From Myxococcota bacterium (GTDB lineage: Bacteria > Myxococcota_A > UBA9160 > UBA6930): a DNA stretch of 64,000 bases. The number at the start of each line of letters is the position of its first letter. Positions within the stretch are counted from its first letter, which is position 1. Positions 1 to 9,853 of the stretch are shown here, in pieces. A program made the translations under genes and the position numbers. The stretch is from assembly GCA_965223705.1 (NCBI GenBank), contig OZ245015.1, positions 2,720,001-2,784,000 of the forward strand. Direction: 5' to 3'. Under the pieces are notes generated by a model. The model saw only the letters and a list, made by a program, of their open reading frames with translations. It had not been told where the DNA came from and searched no databases.

Positions 1-415
<415 letters not shown>

Positions 416-713
416 TCAACCGCACTCCTCAGGATGGGCTCCGATTTGCCGATGAATTGCCCGTGACCGTGGCGCCGTTCCTACAAAACCGACCCCCGTG
501 GGGGATTCCGGCAACCTCGAATGTCCACGCGGTGTCGGACCCCTCGATCACTCCCCTCGACCCGAAAGCAAAGCGCTTGATGACCAGTGTGGGAGCGATC
601 ACTAAACCCCTGGAATTGCAACGGATTTGCCCTGGAGCGATGCGCGGTGAGCGATATACTCCCAGGTCGGTTCCCCCGAAACCTGCGACGTCCTCCTGGC
701 ATCCCGGAGAATC

Positions 714-1646
714 ATGAGCCGAGCGGCTATCTGGACGATCAACCTCGGCCTTTTCGTGCTGTGTTGCTTCCTGGCGGCCCGCATCGCCATCGATGTGACC
801 ACGGGCTTCTTGCCAGGCGATGGCGAGGCACAGCCCGAGGCCGCGGTACAAGCGGCTGCGCCCGGAAAGAAGACCTGGCAGCAACGGCAGGTGATCCTCA
901 CCCGAAACCTGTTCAACGCCAAAGGGTTGGCGCCGGCACAACCATCGCCCGAGGATCTCGAAGAGTCCTACGCGAAGACGAAGCTTCCACTGCGACTGCT
1001 GGGCACCGTGGCGTCGAGCCAACAGGAGCTCGCTTGGGCAGCGGTTGAGGACACGGAGCGGCGAGAACATCTCGTGGTCCGATTGAAGGACAAGCTGAAA
1101 GGCCGCGCCGAAGTCATCCGGATCGATCCCCGGCGCATCGTCCTGCTGAATGCCGGCCGCAAAGAAGAGCTCAATCTCGATGCCGAGGACACCGGCAACC
1201 GACGGCGAGGCCAACGCGCCTCGGCGCGGCGATCGCCTCGCCGCCAGGCCCGTCCCCGCGCAGCTCGCCCCCCGAGCGGGGGAAATACCCAACAAAATGG
1301 GCAGCCGTTCTCCAGCCCCTTCGACCAGATTCGGGGTTCCAACGGTGCGTCGATTCAGGACATCGTGAACAATCCCGCCGCTCTCTTGTCTCAGGCGCGC
1401 ATTGTGCCGAAGTATGAGAACGGCGAAATGGTCGGTATGGAGCTATCCGGGATTAAGCCGGGCAGCGTCTTCGAAGCGATGGGTATTCAAGAGGGCGACA
1501 CCATCCGAGAATTGAACGGTATCTCTGTGGCGGATCAGGAAGGCAGCAGCCAGGCACTCGCCGAGCTGTCGTCATCGAAATCCATCACGGTCACCGTAAC
1601 GGGCGTCGACGGCTCGACGCGTCAGCTTCAGCATGAGATTCGCTAG
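714..1646 (+). CDS. gspC: Type II secretion protein GspC (TM, HR domain, C-terminal PDZ)
   Basis: N-terminal TM; RNLFN and TKLPLRLLGTV HR motifs; PDZ-like IKPGSVFEAMGIQEGDTIRELNG; first gene of the gsp operon. Confidence 0.9.
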   Translation: MSRAAIWTINLGLFVLCCFLAARIAIDVTTGFLPGDGEAQPEAAVQAAAPGKKTWQQRQVILTRNLFNAKGLAPAQPSPEDLEESYAKTKLPLRLLGTVASSQQELAWAAVEDTERREHLVVRLKDKLKGRAEVIRIDPRRIVLLNAGRKEELNLDAEDTGNRRRGQRASARRSPRRQARPRAARPPSGGNTQQNGQPFSSPFDQIRGSNGASIQDIVNNPAALLSQARIVPKYENGEMVGMELSGIKPGSVFEAMGIQEGDTIRELNGISVADQEGSSQALAELSSSKSITVTVTGVDGSTRQLQHEIR

Positions 1647-1659
1647 GGCGGGGGGCAAC

Positions 1660-4200
1660 GTGAGAGGTCGGGTTTTCTTGCAGAGTTGGGTGTGCGTTCT
1701 CCTCGCGCTCGCTCTGCCCTTGTCGAGCGCGGCACAACAACGCGGAGCGCAGGAACTCGAGGTCGAGGACGGCATGGTCCAGCTCGACTTCAACGATGTC
1801 GAGCTCACGGTGGTGATCGACACCATCTCGAAGCTCACCGGAACGAACTTCATCTACGACGATCGGGTCCGAGGCCGCGTCACAATCGTCTCGCCGTCGA
1901 AGATTTCGACGGAGCAGGCGTACGCCGTCTTCGAGTCCGTCCTCCAGGTGAAGGGATTTACGACGGTCAAAGGCCCCGGTGGCGTGGTCAAGGTGATCCC
2001 GATTCGCGAGGCGAAAGAGAGCAACATCGAGACCGTCGAAGGACGCCGCCGGCCGCCCAACAGCGACCGCTTCATCACGCGCTTGATCCCGCTCAAGAAC
2101 ATCGATGCCGAAGCGATCGCGGCGACCTTGAACGGTCTCGTCTCGAAAGACGCTTCGATGGTGGCCTACGGCCCGACCAACACGATCATCCTGACGGATT
2201 CGGCGTCGAACATCCGCCGGATTCTGACGATTCTCGAATCCATCGACGTCGAGACGTTCAAGGAAGAGCTCACCGTCATCAAAGTGCGGCACGCGGACGC
2301 CGCGAGCCTGGCAACACAGCTGCAAGAGATTTTCGGCGCCGACGTCAGCGCGGCGAACGCACGACCGCAACCTGTGCGACGTCCCCGGGGCGCGAGGAAC
2401 GGCGCCGCCGGGGCAGCCGCCGTCGTCCAGCCCGGAATGGCGGATACGATCCAGAAGGGCCGCGTTCGCGTCATCACCGACGACCGCACGAACTCTCTCA
2501 TCGTGCTCGCCTCGCGGCAGCGCTTGGCCGAGCTTCGCGAAGTCATCGCGCGACTCGATGTCCCGGTAACCGGCGGCGGGCGGATCCACGTTTACTACCT
2601 GCGGCACGCCGACGCGGAAGAGCTCGCTGAAACGCTGAACGCGCTGATCTCCGGCCAACCGGCGACCCCCAGTGGGGGCGGCGGCGGCGCGGGGGGCGGC
2701 GCTCCGGTCAACCAAGCGGCGCTGCGAGCGGCGATCACCGAACTTTCCGAAGGCGTTACGGTCACCGCCGACCCGCCGACAAACTCCCTGGTCATCCAGG
2801 CGAGCCAAGAGGGGTTCTCGACCCTCTCTCAGGTCGTCGCCCAACTCGACATCGCGCGTCCCCAGGTCCTGGTCGAAGCGCTCATCATGGAAGTCGACGT
2901 CTCCGACGGCGAAGACCTCGGCTTCAGCGGGATCGGACGGATCGTGCGCGGCGACTCCGACTATTCCGTCGGGTCTGTCACCGACGCCGTTACGCCGGGG
3001 CTGTTGAGCGGCGGTTTGAGTGGCAACCTCGCCGGAAACATCGATAACGGTTTTCTGAACAACCTCCTCGCCTCGGCGACGCGCGACACGACCCGGCGCG
3101 ACGCGGATGGAAACATCATCGGCAGCGGTTCTATCGTCCAGGGCATGATTCGCGCCGCGGCGACCGACAACCGGACGAACGTGCTGTCCGCCCCGCACGT
3201 CCTGACTTCTGACAACGAAGAGGCGGAGATCCGCGTCGGCGCCGAGATCCCGATCGTGACGGGCCGCATTCAATCGGCCCAAGGAAACGACACCGGTTTG
3301 TCGACGTCTCAGAACATCGAGCGACAGGACATCGGTGTCACACTCCGGGTGACGCCTCAGATCAGCGAAGGCGAAAGCGTGCGCCTCGAGATCTTCCAGG
3401 AAATCACCGACGTGAACCAGGCCTTGTCGGCAGTCACGGGGAATCCCGAAGAAGTCGGCGTGTCCCTCTCGAAACGAAATGTCGAAAACACCGTCGTGGT
3501 GGGCGACGCGGAGACCGTTGTCATCGGCGGCCTCATCAGCGACGACTACACGGACAACGTCAACAAGATCCCGTGGCTCGGCGACATACCAGTCCTCGGC
3601 TGGGCCTTCAAAACGACGAACCGCGAGCTGACCAAGGTCAACTTGCTGATCTTCTTGACGCCCCACATCGTGCGAAATCCCGGTGACCTCGCGGGCCAGT
3701 CCATTCGCAAGCGCGAAGAGTTCTGGGAGCGTTCGAGCCAGTCCCTGAACCTGTCCGACGCGGAGCGCACGGCTCGCGATCACCGACGCGCGGCGGCGAA
3801 GGCTGCCGGTATCGATCTCGCCGCCGACGAGAACGAGAACCCGGTCATCGATCGACTGGAGAGTCATGCCAAGCGCTACCCGGTCTCGCGCATGAACGAG
3901 CTCCGGAAGACGGACGACGAGGAGGATACGACCCAGAACGGAGAGCCCCTCCCCGGCTACACCGTTTTGGCCGCGGTCTTCCAAGACGAGCGAGCCGCCT
4001 CGGAACTCATGACGGAACTCGTGGACGCGGGCTACGACGGACAGTTAGTGTCGAGTGAATCGAACGGCGTCGTCCTCATGCAAGTCCGCCTCGGACCCTA
4101 CGAACACCTCGAGCAGGCGGAAGAAGTATCGAGCACGGTGCGGGACGCGTTCGGGGTGAGCCCGACCGTGGTGGTGGAACGACCGGAGCGAGATGGCTGA
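1660..4200 (+). CDS. gspD: Type II secretion secretin GspD with C-terminal SPOR-like domain
   Basis: Signal peptide after GTG 1660; N0 LDFNDVEL...GTNFIYDDRVRGRVTIVSP; LDIARPQVLVEALIMEV; KIPWLGDIPVLGWAFK secretin signature; tail YTVLAAVFQDERAA...QVRLGPY is SPOR-like. Confidence 0.95.
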   Translation: MRGRVFLQSWVCVLLALALPLSSAAQQRGAQELEVEDGMVQLDFNDVELTVVIDTISKLTGTNFIYDDRVRGRVTIVSPSKISTEQAYAVFESVLQVKGFTTVKGPGGVVKVIPIREAKESNIETVEGRRRPPNSDRFITRLIPLKNIDAEAIAATLNGLVSKDASMVAYGPTNTIILTDSASNIRRILTILESIDVETFKEELTVIKVRHADAASLATQLQEIFGADVSAANARPQPVRRPRGARNGAAGAAAVVQPGMADTIQKGRVRVITDDRTNSLIVLASRQRLAELREVIARLDVPVTGGGRIHVYYLRHADAEELAETLNALISGQPATPSGGGGGAGGGAPVNQAALRAAITELSEGVTVTADPPTNSLVIQASQEGFSTLSQVVAQLDIARPQVLVEALIMEVDVSDGEDLGFSGIGRIVRGDSDYSVGSVTDAVTPGLLSGGLSGNLAGNIDNGFLNNLLASATRDTTRRDADGNIIGSGSIVQGMIRAAATDNRTNVLSAPHVLTSDNEEAEIRVGAEIPIVTGRIQSAQGNDTGLSTSQNIERQDIGVTLRVTPQISEGESVRLEIFQEITDVNQALSAVTGNPEEVGVSLSKRNVENTVVVGDAETVVIGGLISDDYTDNVNKIPWLGDIPVLGWAFKTTNRELTKVNLLIFLTPHIVRNPGDLAGQSIRKREEFWERSSQSLNLSDAERTARDHRRAAAKAAGIDLAADENENPVIDRLESHAKRYPVSRMNELRKTDDEEDTTQNGEPLPGYTVLAAVFQDERAASELMTELVDAGYDGQLVSSESNGVVLMQVRLGPYEHLEQAEEVSSTVRDAFGVSPTVVVERPERDG

Positions 4201-5929
4201 GCTTCAGGGCACAGAGCACTTTGGACTGCGCGAGACCCTTCTGCGCTGCACCCGACTCTCCCTCGAGCAACTCGAGGAAGCGGTCAAGAAGAAGTCCGAG
4301 ACGCAGTCGAGACTCGTGGACGCGGTCGTCGACCTCGGCTTCCTCAATGAGGAAGAGATTCTCGAAGCTCTAGGTCAGCAGCTCGGCCTCGAGGTCTTCC
4401 CTCAGCTCGAGCCGTCGACCATCGACACCCAGCTCGTGGCGCAGGTCCCCATCGGCTTCGCGAAAACCGCCGGCGTAGTCCCGCTCCGACGCGAAGGCGA
4501 CTCGACGGTTCGTATCGTCGTTTCCGACCCGTTCGACACGGCGACCCTCGACGACCTGCGGCTCCTGTTCGACGGAGCCGATATCGAGACCGGTCTCGCC
4601 ACCCGTCGCTCGATTCTGTCGGTCATCAACCAGGTCTACGACCGAGGCGGCGACTCGATCACGGACATCGTCGAAGACGTGTCCGAAGACTTCAGCTCGG
4701 TCGCGAGCGAGATCATTGCCGAACCCCAGGACCTCCTCGATTCGGATGACGACGCGCCGATCATCCGGTTGGTCGATTCTCTGCTGCAGCAAGCCGTCAA
4801 AGATCGTGCGAGCGATATCCACATCGAACCCTTCGAGAGCGAGATCCGCGTCCGGTTCCGCGTCGACGACATCCTCTACGAACCGGTCGACGCACTGCCG
4901 AAGGTCCTCCTTCCGAGTGTCGTATCGCGCATCAAGATCCTCGGCGGGCTCGACATCGCCGAGAAGCGCCTACCCCAGGACGGCCGAATCCGCTTGAAGA
5001 TCGCCGGGCGCGACTACGACGTCCGCCTCTCGACGGTCCCGGTGGCTCACGGCGAGCGCCTCGTGATGCGGCTCCTTCCGCGAACGACGGAGATGTTGTC
5101 TCTCGAGAAGCTCGGTTACAGCGACGAGCAGCGTACGCTGTGGGAGCGGCTCATTGCGAGACCGAATGGCATCGTGCTGGTTACCGGACCCACGGGTAGC
5201 GGTAAGACGACCAGTCTCTACGCCGCTCTCTCGCGCATCAACCGAACCGATCGCAACATCATCACCATCGACGACCCGGTCGAGATTCAGCTCCCGGGCG
5301 TCGGCCAGATCGAAGTGAACCCGAAGATCGGACTCACCTTCGCCGGGGCGCTCCGCTCCGTCCTGCGTCAAGACCCGAACGTGGTCCTCGTCGGCGAGAT
5401 TCGCGACCTGGAAACCGCCGAAATCGCGATCCAGGCCTCGCTGACCGGTCACTTGGTGTTCTCGACGCTTCACACCAACGACGCCCCCTCGGCGATCACG
5501 CGGCTCGTCGACATGGGCGTCGAGTCCTATCTGGTCGGTTCATCGCTCGTCGCCGTCGTCGCGCAGCGCCTCGTCCGGCAGCTATGCGAGGAGTGCAAAG
5601 AGCCCTACGCGCCGACAGCCGAGGAGCTCGCAGAAATCGGCGTCCGGGCGAAGACGCAAATTACGACGTACCGAGCGACGAGTTGTGCCACGTGTCACCG
5701 AACGGGTTACCGCGGCCGAATCGGCATCTACGAGATGATGCTCGTCGATGACGGGATCCGGTCGCTCATCACACAAAACGTCGATGCGAAGACGATCAAG
5801 CGCAAAGCGGTGGAAAACGGCATGAAGACCTTGCGAGCGGATGGGGCCCGCAAAGTCATCGAAGGCGTCACATCCATCGAGGAAGTGCTTCGAGCGACGG
5901 AAGAAGAAGGCGTCGTCGCCCAGATCTAG
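4193..5929 (+). CDS. gspE: Type II secretion ATPase GspE
   Basis: ASDIHIEP, LDIAEKRLPQDGRI, Walker A GPTGSGKTT, LRQDPNVVLVGEIRD, tetracysteine motif, GYRGRIGIYE. Confidence 0.97.
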   Translation: MAELQGTEHFGLRETLLRCTRLSLEQLEEAVKKKSETQSRLVDAVVDLGFLNEEEILEALGQQLGLEVFPQLEPSTIDTQLVAQVPIGFAKTAGVVPLRREGDSTVRIVVSDPFDTATLDDLRLLFDGADIETGLATRRSILSVINQVYDRGGDSITDIVEDVSEDFSSVASEIIAEPQDLLDSDDDAPIIRLVDSLLQQAVKDRASDIHIEPFESEIRVRFRVDDILYEPVDALPKVLLPSVVSRIKILGGLDIAEKRLPQDGRIRLKIAGRDYDVRLSTVPVAHGERLVMRLLPRTTEMLSLEKLGYSDEQRTLWERLIARPNGIVLVTGPTGSGKTTSLYAALSRINRTDRNIITIDDPVEIQLPGVGQIEVNPKIGLTFAGALRSVLRQDPNVVLVGEIRDLETAEIAIQASLTGHLVFSTLHTNDAPSAITRLVDMGVESYLVGSSLVAVVAQRLVRQLCEECKEPYAPTAEELAEIGVRAKTQITTYRATSCATCHRTGYRGRIGIYEMMLVDDGIRSLITQNVDAKTIKRKAVENGMKTLRADGARKVIEGVTSIEEVLRATEEEGVVAQI

Positions 5930-5991
5930 GGCAAAGGGCGACGGCTTGGGGCGTTGTGCCCTCCCGGTTTACGGTTGTGAGAACGTGAGCA

Positions 5992-7215
5992 GTGCCGGTC
6001 TACGCGTATAAAGGTGTATCGAGTTCAGGGCGGGCCCTAAAGGCCTTCGTCGACGCCGAAACGCTCCGCGCCGCGCGCGCAAAGCTGCGTCGCGAGGGCG
6101 TCTTTCTCACCGAGATCGTCGAAACCGACGCAACACAGCAGCAAAAGGCGCGAGGTCGATCTGTCAGCTTTGGGGGACTGACTCGGGTCTCGGTCATGGA
6201 CACGGCGCTTGCGACCCGCCAGCTCGCGACGCTGGTCTCCGCGGGCATTCCTCTGGTCGAAGCCCTGCGCGCCCTCACGGAGCAGGTGGAGAGCGCGAAG
6301 CTCAAAGGGATCATCGGCCGCGTCCGCGACCGCGTAAACGAGGGTACGTCGCTCGCCGATGCCCTCGCACCCGAACAGCCGTTCAACGATCTGTACGTCA
6401 GCATGGTCCGGGCCGGAGAAGCCGGCGGCGCGCTCGATCAGGTGCTCCTGCGCTTGGCGGAATACCTCGAAGGGCAGGTGCGCCTCCAGAACCGGGTGAT
6501 GTCGATCATCATCTACCCGCTCGTCATGCTCGGCTTCGCGGTCTGCGTCGTCGCCGCGCTGGTCACGTTCGTACTCCCTCAGATCACGACGCTCCTCGAG
6601 AGCCTCGATCAAGAGCTCCCCGTCTACACCCGCGCCATCATGGGCCTCTCGGACTTCGCGCGGACGTACTGGTGGGCCGTCCTCGTCGCCTTGATCGGAC
6701 TGTTCGTTCTGCTTCGCGGCATCATCCGGACCGAGCGGGGTCGCGAAGGCTTCGATGCTCTGAAGCTCAAGCTGCCCGTCCTCGGCAAGGTGACGCGCAT
6801 CCTCGCGATCGCCCGTTTCTCGCGCACTCTGTCGACGCTTCTCGCCGGTGGCATACCCATCGTCAAATCCCTCGACATCGCGAAATTCGTCGCGAACAAC
6901 GCCGTCATCGGGGCGGCGATCGACCACGCCAAGACGAGCATCACCGAAGGCTCCTCACTCGCGTCTCCTCTCCGCAGAAGCGGTGAGTTTCCGCCGTTGG
7001 TGGTGCACATGATCGACGTCGGAGAACGCAGCGGCGAACTCGAATCCATGCTCGCGCGTGTCGCTGAAACCTACGACGAGCAAGTGGAAAACTCCGTCAC
7101 GCGGATGACGTCCCTGCTCGAACCCCTTCTCATTCTCCTCATGGTGGGTGTCGTGCTGGCGATCATCTTCGCCGTGCTCTCTCCCATGCTCCAACTCACA
7201 GGATCGATTCAATGA
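5992..7215 (+). CDS. gspF: Type II secretion inner-membrane platform protein GspF
   Basis: TRQLATLVSAGIPL, MVRAGEAGGALD, MIDVGERSGELESML, three TM segments. Confidence 0.95.
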   Translation: MPVYAYKGVSSSGRALKAFVDAETLRAARAKLRREGVFLTEIVETDATQQQKARGRSVSFGGLTRVSVMDTALATRQLATLVSAGIPLVEALRALTEQVESAKLKGIIGRVRDRVNEGTSLADALAPEQPFNDLYVSMVRAGEAGGALDQVLLRLAEYLEGQVRLQNRVMSIIIYPLVMLGFAVCVVAALVTFVLPQITTLLESLDQELPVYTRAIMGLSDFARTYWWAVLVALIGLFVLLRGIIRTERGREGFDALKLKLPVLGKVTRILAIARFSRTLSTLLAGGIPIVKSLDIAKFVANNAVIGAAIDHAKTSITEGSSLASPLRRSGEFPPLVVHMIDVGERSGELESMLARVAETYDEQVENSVTRMTSLLEPLLILLMVGVVLAIIFAVLSPMLQLTGSIQ

Positions 7216-7760
7216 AGGTCAATTCGAAACGACGACAAACCGTCCACGGCACCGCCGCGAAACGACGACAAACCGTCCACGGCACCGCCGCGAAACGACG
7301 ACAAACCGTCCACGACCGCGCCGCGGGCTTCACGCTGATCGAGATCATGGCCGTGGTGCTCATCATGGGGCTCCTCGCCGCGTTGGTCGGAACCCAGGTC
7401 GCAGGCCAAATCGGAAAAGCGCGCGGCCAGACCGCGAAGGCGCAGATCAAGAAGATCGAGTCCGCGGTGGAGTTCTTCCAGATGGACAACGGCTTCTTCC
7501 CGACGTCGGAACAAGGTCTCGATGCGCTGGTCGCCAAGCCGACGGTCGGCCGCGAACCGCGTAACTACCCGGCGGGCGGTTACCTCCAAGGCGGCGCGGT
7601 TCCGCGAGACCCGTGGGACAACCCGTATCAATACGAATACCCGGGCACGATGAACAGTGGCTCCTACGACATCTGGAGCCTCGGGGCCGACGGCCAGCCG
7701 GGCGGCGAAGGCAACGACGCCGACATCGGCAATTGGTCGAGCGACGCCGAGAATGCTTGA
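7212..7760 (+). CDS. gspG: Major pseudopilin GspG with repeat-extended leader
   Basis: G|FTLIEIMAVV prepilin motif; FPTSEQGLDALV; PRDPWDNPYQY; SLGADGQPGGEGNDADIGNW. Confidence 0.96.
   Translation: MKVNSKRRQTVHGTAAKRRQTVHGTAAKRRQTVHDRAAGFTLIEIMAVVLIMGLLAALVGTQVAGQIGKARGQTAKAQIKKIESAVEFFQMDNGFFPTSEQGLDALVAKPTVGREPRNYPAGGYLQGGAVPRDPWDNPYQYEYPGTMNSGSYDIWSLGADGQPGGEGNDADIGNWSSDAENA
7225..7314 (+). repeat. 33-bp in-frame tandem repeat (2 full copies + 24-bp partial) in the gspG leader
   Basis: cgaaacgacgacaaaccgtccacggcaccgccg at 7225-7257 and 7258-7290, partial at 7291-7314; encodes KRRQTVHGTAA. Confidence 0.97.
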
Positions 7761-7800
7761 TGCGGCGTAGCGCCCCCGCCTCCCCGACCGAGAACCCTTG

Positions 7801-8367
7801 ATGCACCGCGGGCGATCCGCGGTCGGCTTTACGCTCATCGAGCTTCTGGCCGTGGTCATGATCATCGGGCTGCTCGCGAGTATCGCACTTCCGAATTTTG
7901 CCGTGCGCGGGGGACGGCTTTTGGACAACCAGGCCCGGGAGCTTTCAGCGACTCTCGAGTTCGCGCGGCAGCGCGCCGTCATGACGGGAATTCCGCACCG
8001 TCTGCTGATCGATCTCGAAGCCCACGCCTACCGGCTCGAATGGTTCACAACCGCCGAACGGGCCGGAGAAGAGGAACCGGCCGCTGAATCCGCGGTGCTA
8101 CGGATGAGCCCGCCGATCGAGGAAGAGCCTCGCTATCGCCGGCTCGCCGGCTCTCTGGGAAGGGAGCGACTGCTTCCTGAGTCGGTCTACTTCCACGGGA
8201 TCGAAACCAGCGGCGGGTACACCCAATCCGGCGAGCTCGAGCTCGTCTTCGGACGGGATGGAACCGCAGATCCGATGCTCATTGCCTTGGTGACCGACGA
8301 CGGGCGGAGCCTGGGCCTCGAAGTCGCGCCCTTGGCCGAGCGGGTCAAGCGAGTCGATCTCGAATGA
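7801..8367 (+). CDS. gspH: Minor pseudopilin GspH
   Basis: GFTLIELLAVV N-methylation motif; LEFARQRAVMTG GspH/FimT-like; position after gspG. Confidence 0.8.
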   Translation: MHRGRSAVGFTLIELLAVVMIIGLLASIALPNFAVRGGRLLDNQARELSATLEFARQRAVMTGIPHRLLIDLEAHAYRLEWFTTAERAGEEEPAAESAVLRMSPPIEEEPRYRRLAGSLGRERLLPESVYFHGIETSGGYTQSGELELVFGRDGTADPMLIALVTDDGRSLGLEVAPLAERVKRVDLE

Positions 8368-8939
8368 TCGCGCGAACGGACGAATCGGGCATGACACTGC
8401 TCGAAGTGATGGTGGCCGTCGCCGTGCTTGCCCTTCTCTATACGGCGCTGGCCGAGTTGTCGTTTCAAGGTCTCCGGATGGAGGGTGACGCCGGCCGGCG
8501 CTTTCAAGCATCGCTCTTGGCCGACGCGAAATTGACCGAACTCGAGAACACGTTCCGTTCGGGCAGCGCTCCGGATCTCGGACGGGACGTCGAGGAAGCC
8601 GATCTTTTCGTGATCGAGACGGAAGTCGATGCGTTCGACGCGAGTTTCCTCGGGCCCGCACTGATGGAACGTGCGCGACAAGATCCGCGCGATGCGCCGC
8701 CGGCGCGCGAATTGCTCATCATTCCGCGCGGCCGCGGGGCCCCATATCTCTACAACGTTCGCGTCGCGGTGCGTTGGGACGAAGCCGGCTCCGAGCGAGA
8801 AGTGATCCGCACGACCATCGGATTCGACGCCGCGCGCGCGCGCGAGCTACTGCCGGAGGCGCAGTCGGGTGGCGGGGATTCCGACAGCGTGGAGGACGCG
8901 ATCGACGACGTCCTCGACGCTGCGGGGACCTCACCGTGA
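8364..8939 (+). CDS. gspI: Minor pseudopilin GspI
   Basis: GMTLLEVMVAVAVL prepilin motif; LYNVRVAVRW; operon order. Confidence 0.75.
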   Translation: MIARTDESGMTLLEVMVAVAVLALLYTALAELSFQGLRMEGDAGRRFQASLLADAKLTELENTFRSGSAPDLGRDVEEADLFVIETEVDAFDASFLGPALMERARQDPRDAPPARELLIIPRGRGAPYLYNVRVAVRWDEAGSEREVIRTTIGFDAARARELLPEAQSGGGDSDSVEDAIDDVLDAAGTSP

Positions 8940-9853
8940 GCGCGCACCTCGAGACCCGAAGGAGCCGGGGCTTCACGCTGATCGAAATGATGGCGGTGGT
9001 CTTTTTCACGCTGGTCGTCATCACTGCCGCGGTGAGTTTTTTCATCGATCTGACGCGCGCCCAGGAAGCCGCCGTCGAAAGGACGAGGCTGGCGCGGCGG
9101 GCCGACGCCCTGCTCACCCGTGTCGCGCGCGATATTTCGACGGCGACCCTGTTGGTTCGCGAGGAGGGAACGGACCCACTCGAACATCCCTGGGTGTTCG
9201 TCGCGGAGCGGCACCTGCCCGTGGCGGGAGCCGACCGCGTCCGCTTCGTCCGACGAGGGCGCGAGCGGCGCGGCGCAGAAGAACACGAGTCGGACCTCGA
9301 GACCGTGGCGTACACGCTCGAGGGGAACGGTTTCGACGAGGGCTACGAACTCTACCGCTGGAGCTCGTCTCAGCTCCCGGAATCCCTCGATAAATCCTTC
9401 CCCGATCCCTCCGACGAAGGCGTCCTCCTCGTCGCGTCGGGCATCGCAGATTTCGGTCTCCGCTTTCTCTCCGCCGAAGGTGGCTGGCAAGAAGCGTGGG
9501 ACTCATCGAACCTCGGCGATTCGGACACGCTCCCCGTCGCCGCCGAGATCGCGGTGGCTTTCAACACCGACAACGAAGCCGCAGAACCGGTCCCGCTCGT
9601 CAGGCAGGTCTTCCTGCCGGTGCGACCCATCGATCTCGCCGAAGAACTCGAGGCCGCCGCCGAAGCAGAGGGCGAGGAGGACGAAGAAGAGGACGGCTGC
9701 GTGACCGTTCGCGAGTGTCTCGAGCGAGATCCGGTCGCCTTTGAGGCGGTCATGAACGACCCCCTCGCTTCGAGTCGTGTCGAAGCGCTCGGCGACCGCT
9801 GTGTCGAAGAGTTTTCGTCGATCCTCGGCGTGGATATCAGCCGGTGTCGCTAG
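8936..9853 (+). CDS. gspJ: Minor pseudopilin GspJ
   Basis: GTG 8936 overlaps the gspI stop; GFTLIEMMAVV; WQEAWDSS...LPVAAEIAV typical of GspJ. Confidence 0.8.
   Translation: MSAHLETRRSRGFTLIEMMAVVFFTLVVITAAVSFFIDLTRAQEAAVERTRLARRADALLTRVARDISTATLLVREEGTDPLEHPWVFVAERHLPVAGADRVRFVRRGRERRGAEEHESDLETVAYTLEGNGFDEGYELYRWSSSQLPESLDKSFPDPSDEGVLLVASGIADFGLRFLSAEGGWQEAWDSSNLGDSDTLPVAAEIAVAFNTDNEAAEPVPLVRQVFLPVRPIDLAEELEAAAEAEGEEDEEEDGCVTVRECLERDPVAFEAVMNDPLASSRVEALGDRCVEEFSSILGVDISRCR

Noticed and set aside
1591..3984. Long antisense ORFs (e.g. 1591-3984, 15781-17556, 42865-44553, 53479-54996, 51019-52335)
   Set aside because: They shadow well-supported genes on the opposite strand; expected in high-GC DNA, with no recognisable motifs.
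7225..7314. Possible CRISPR array
   Set aside because: Contiguous identical units with no spacers, in frame within gspG; no cas genes.
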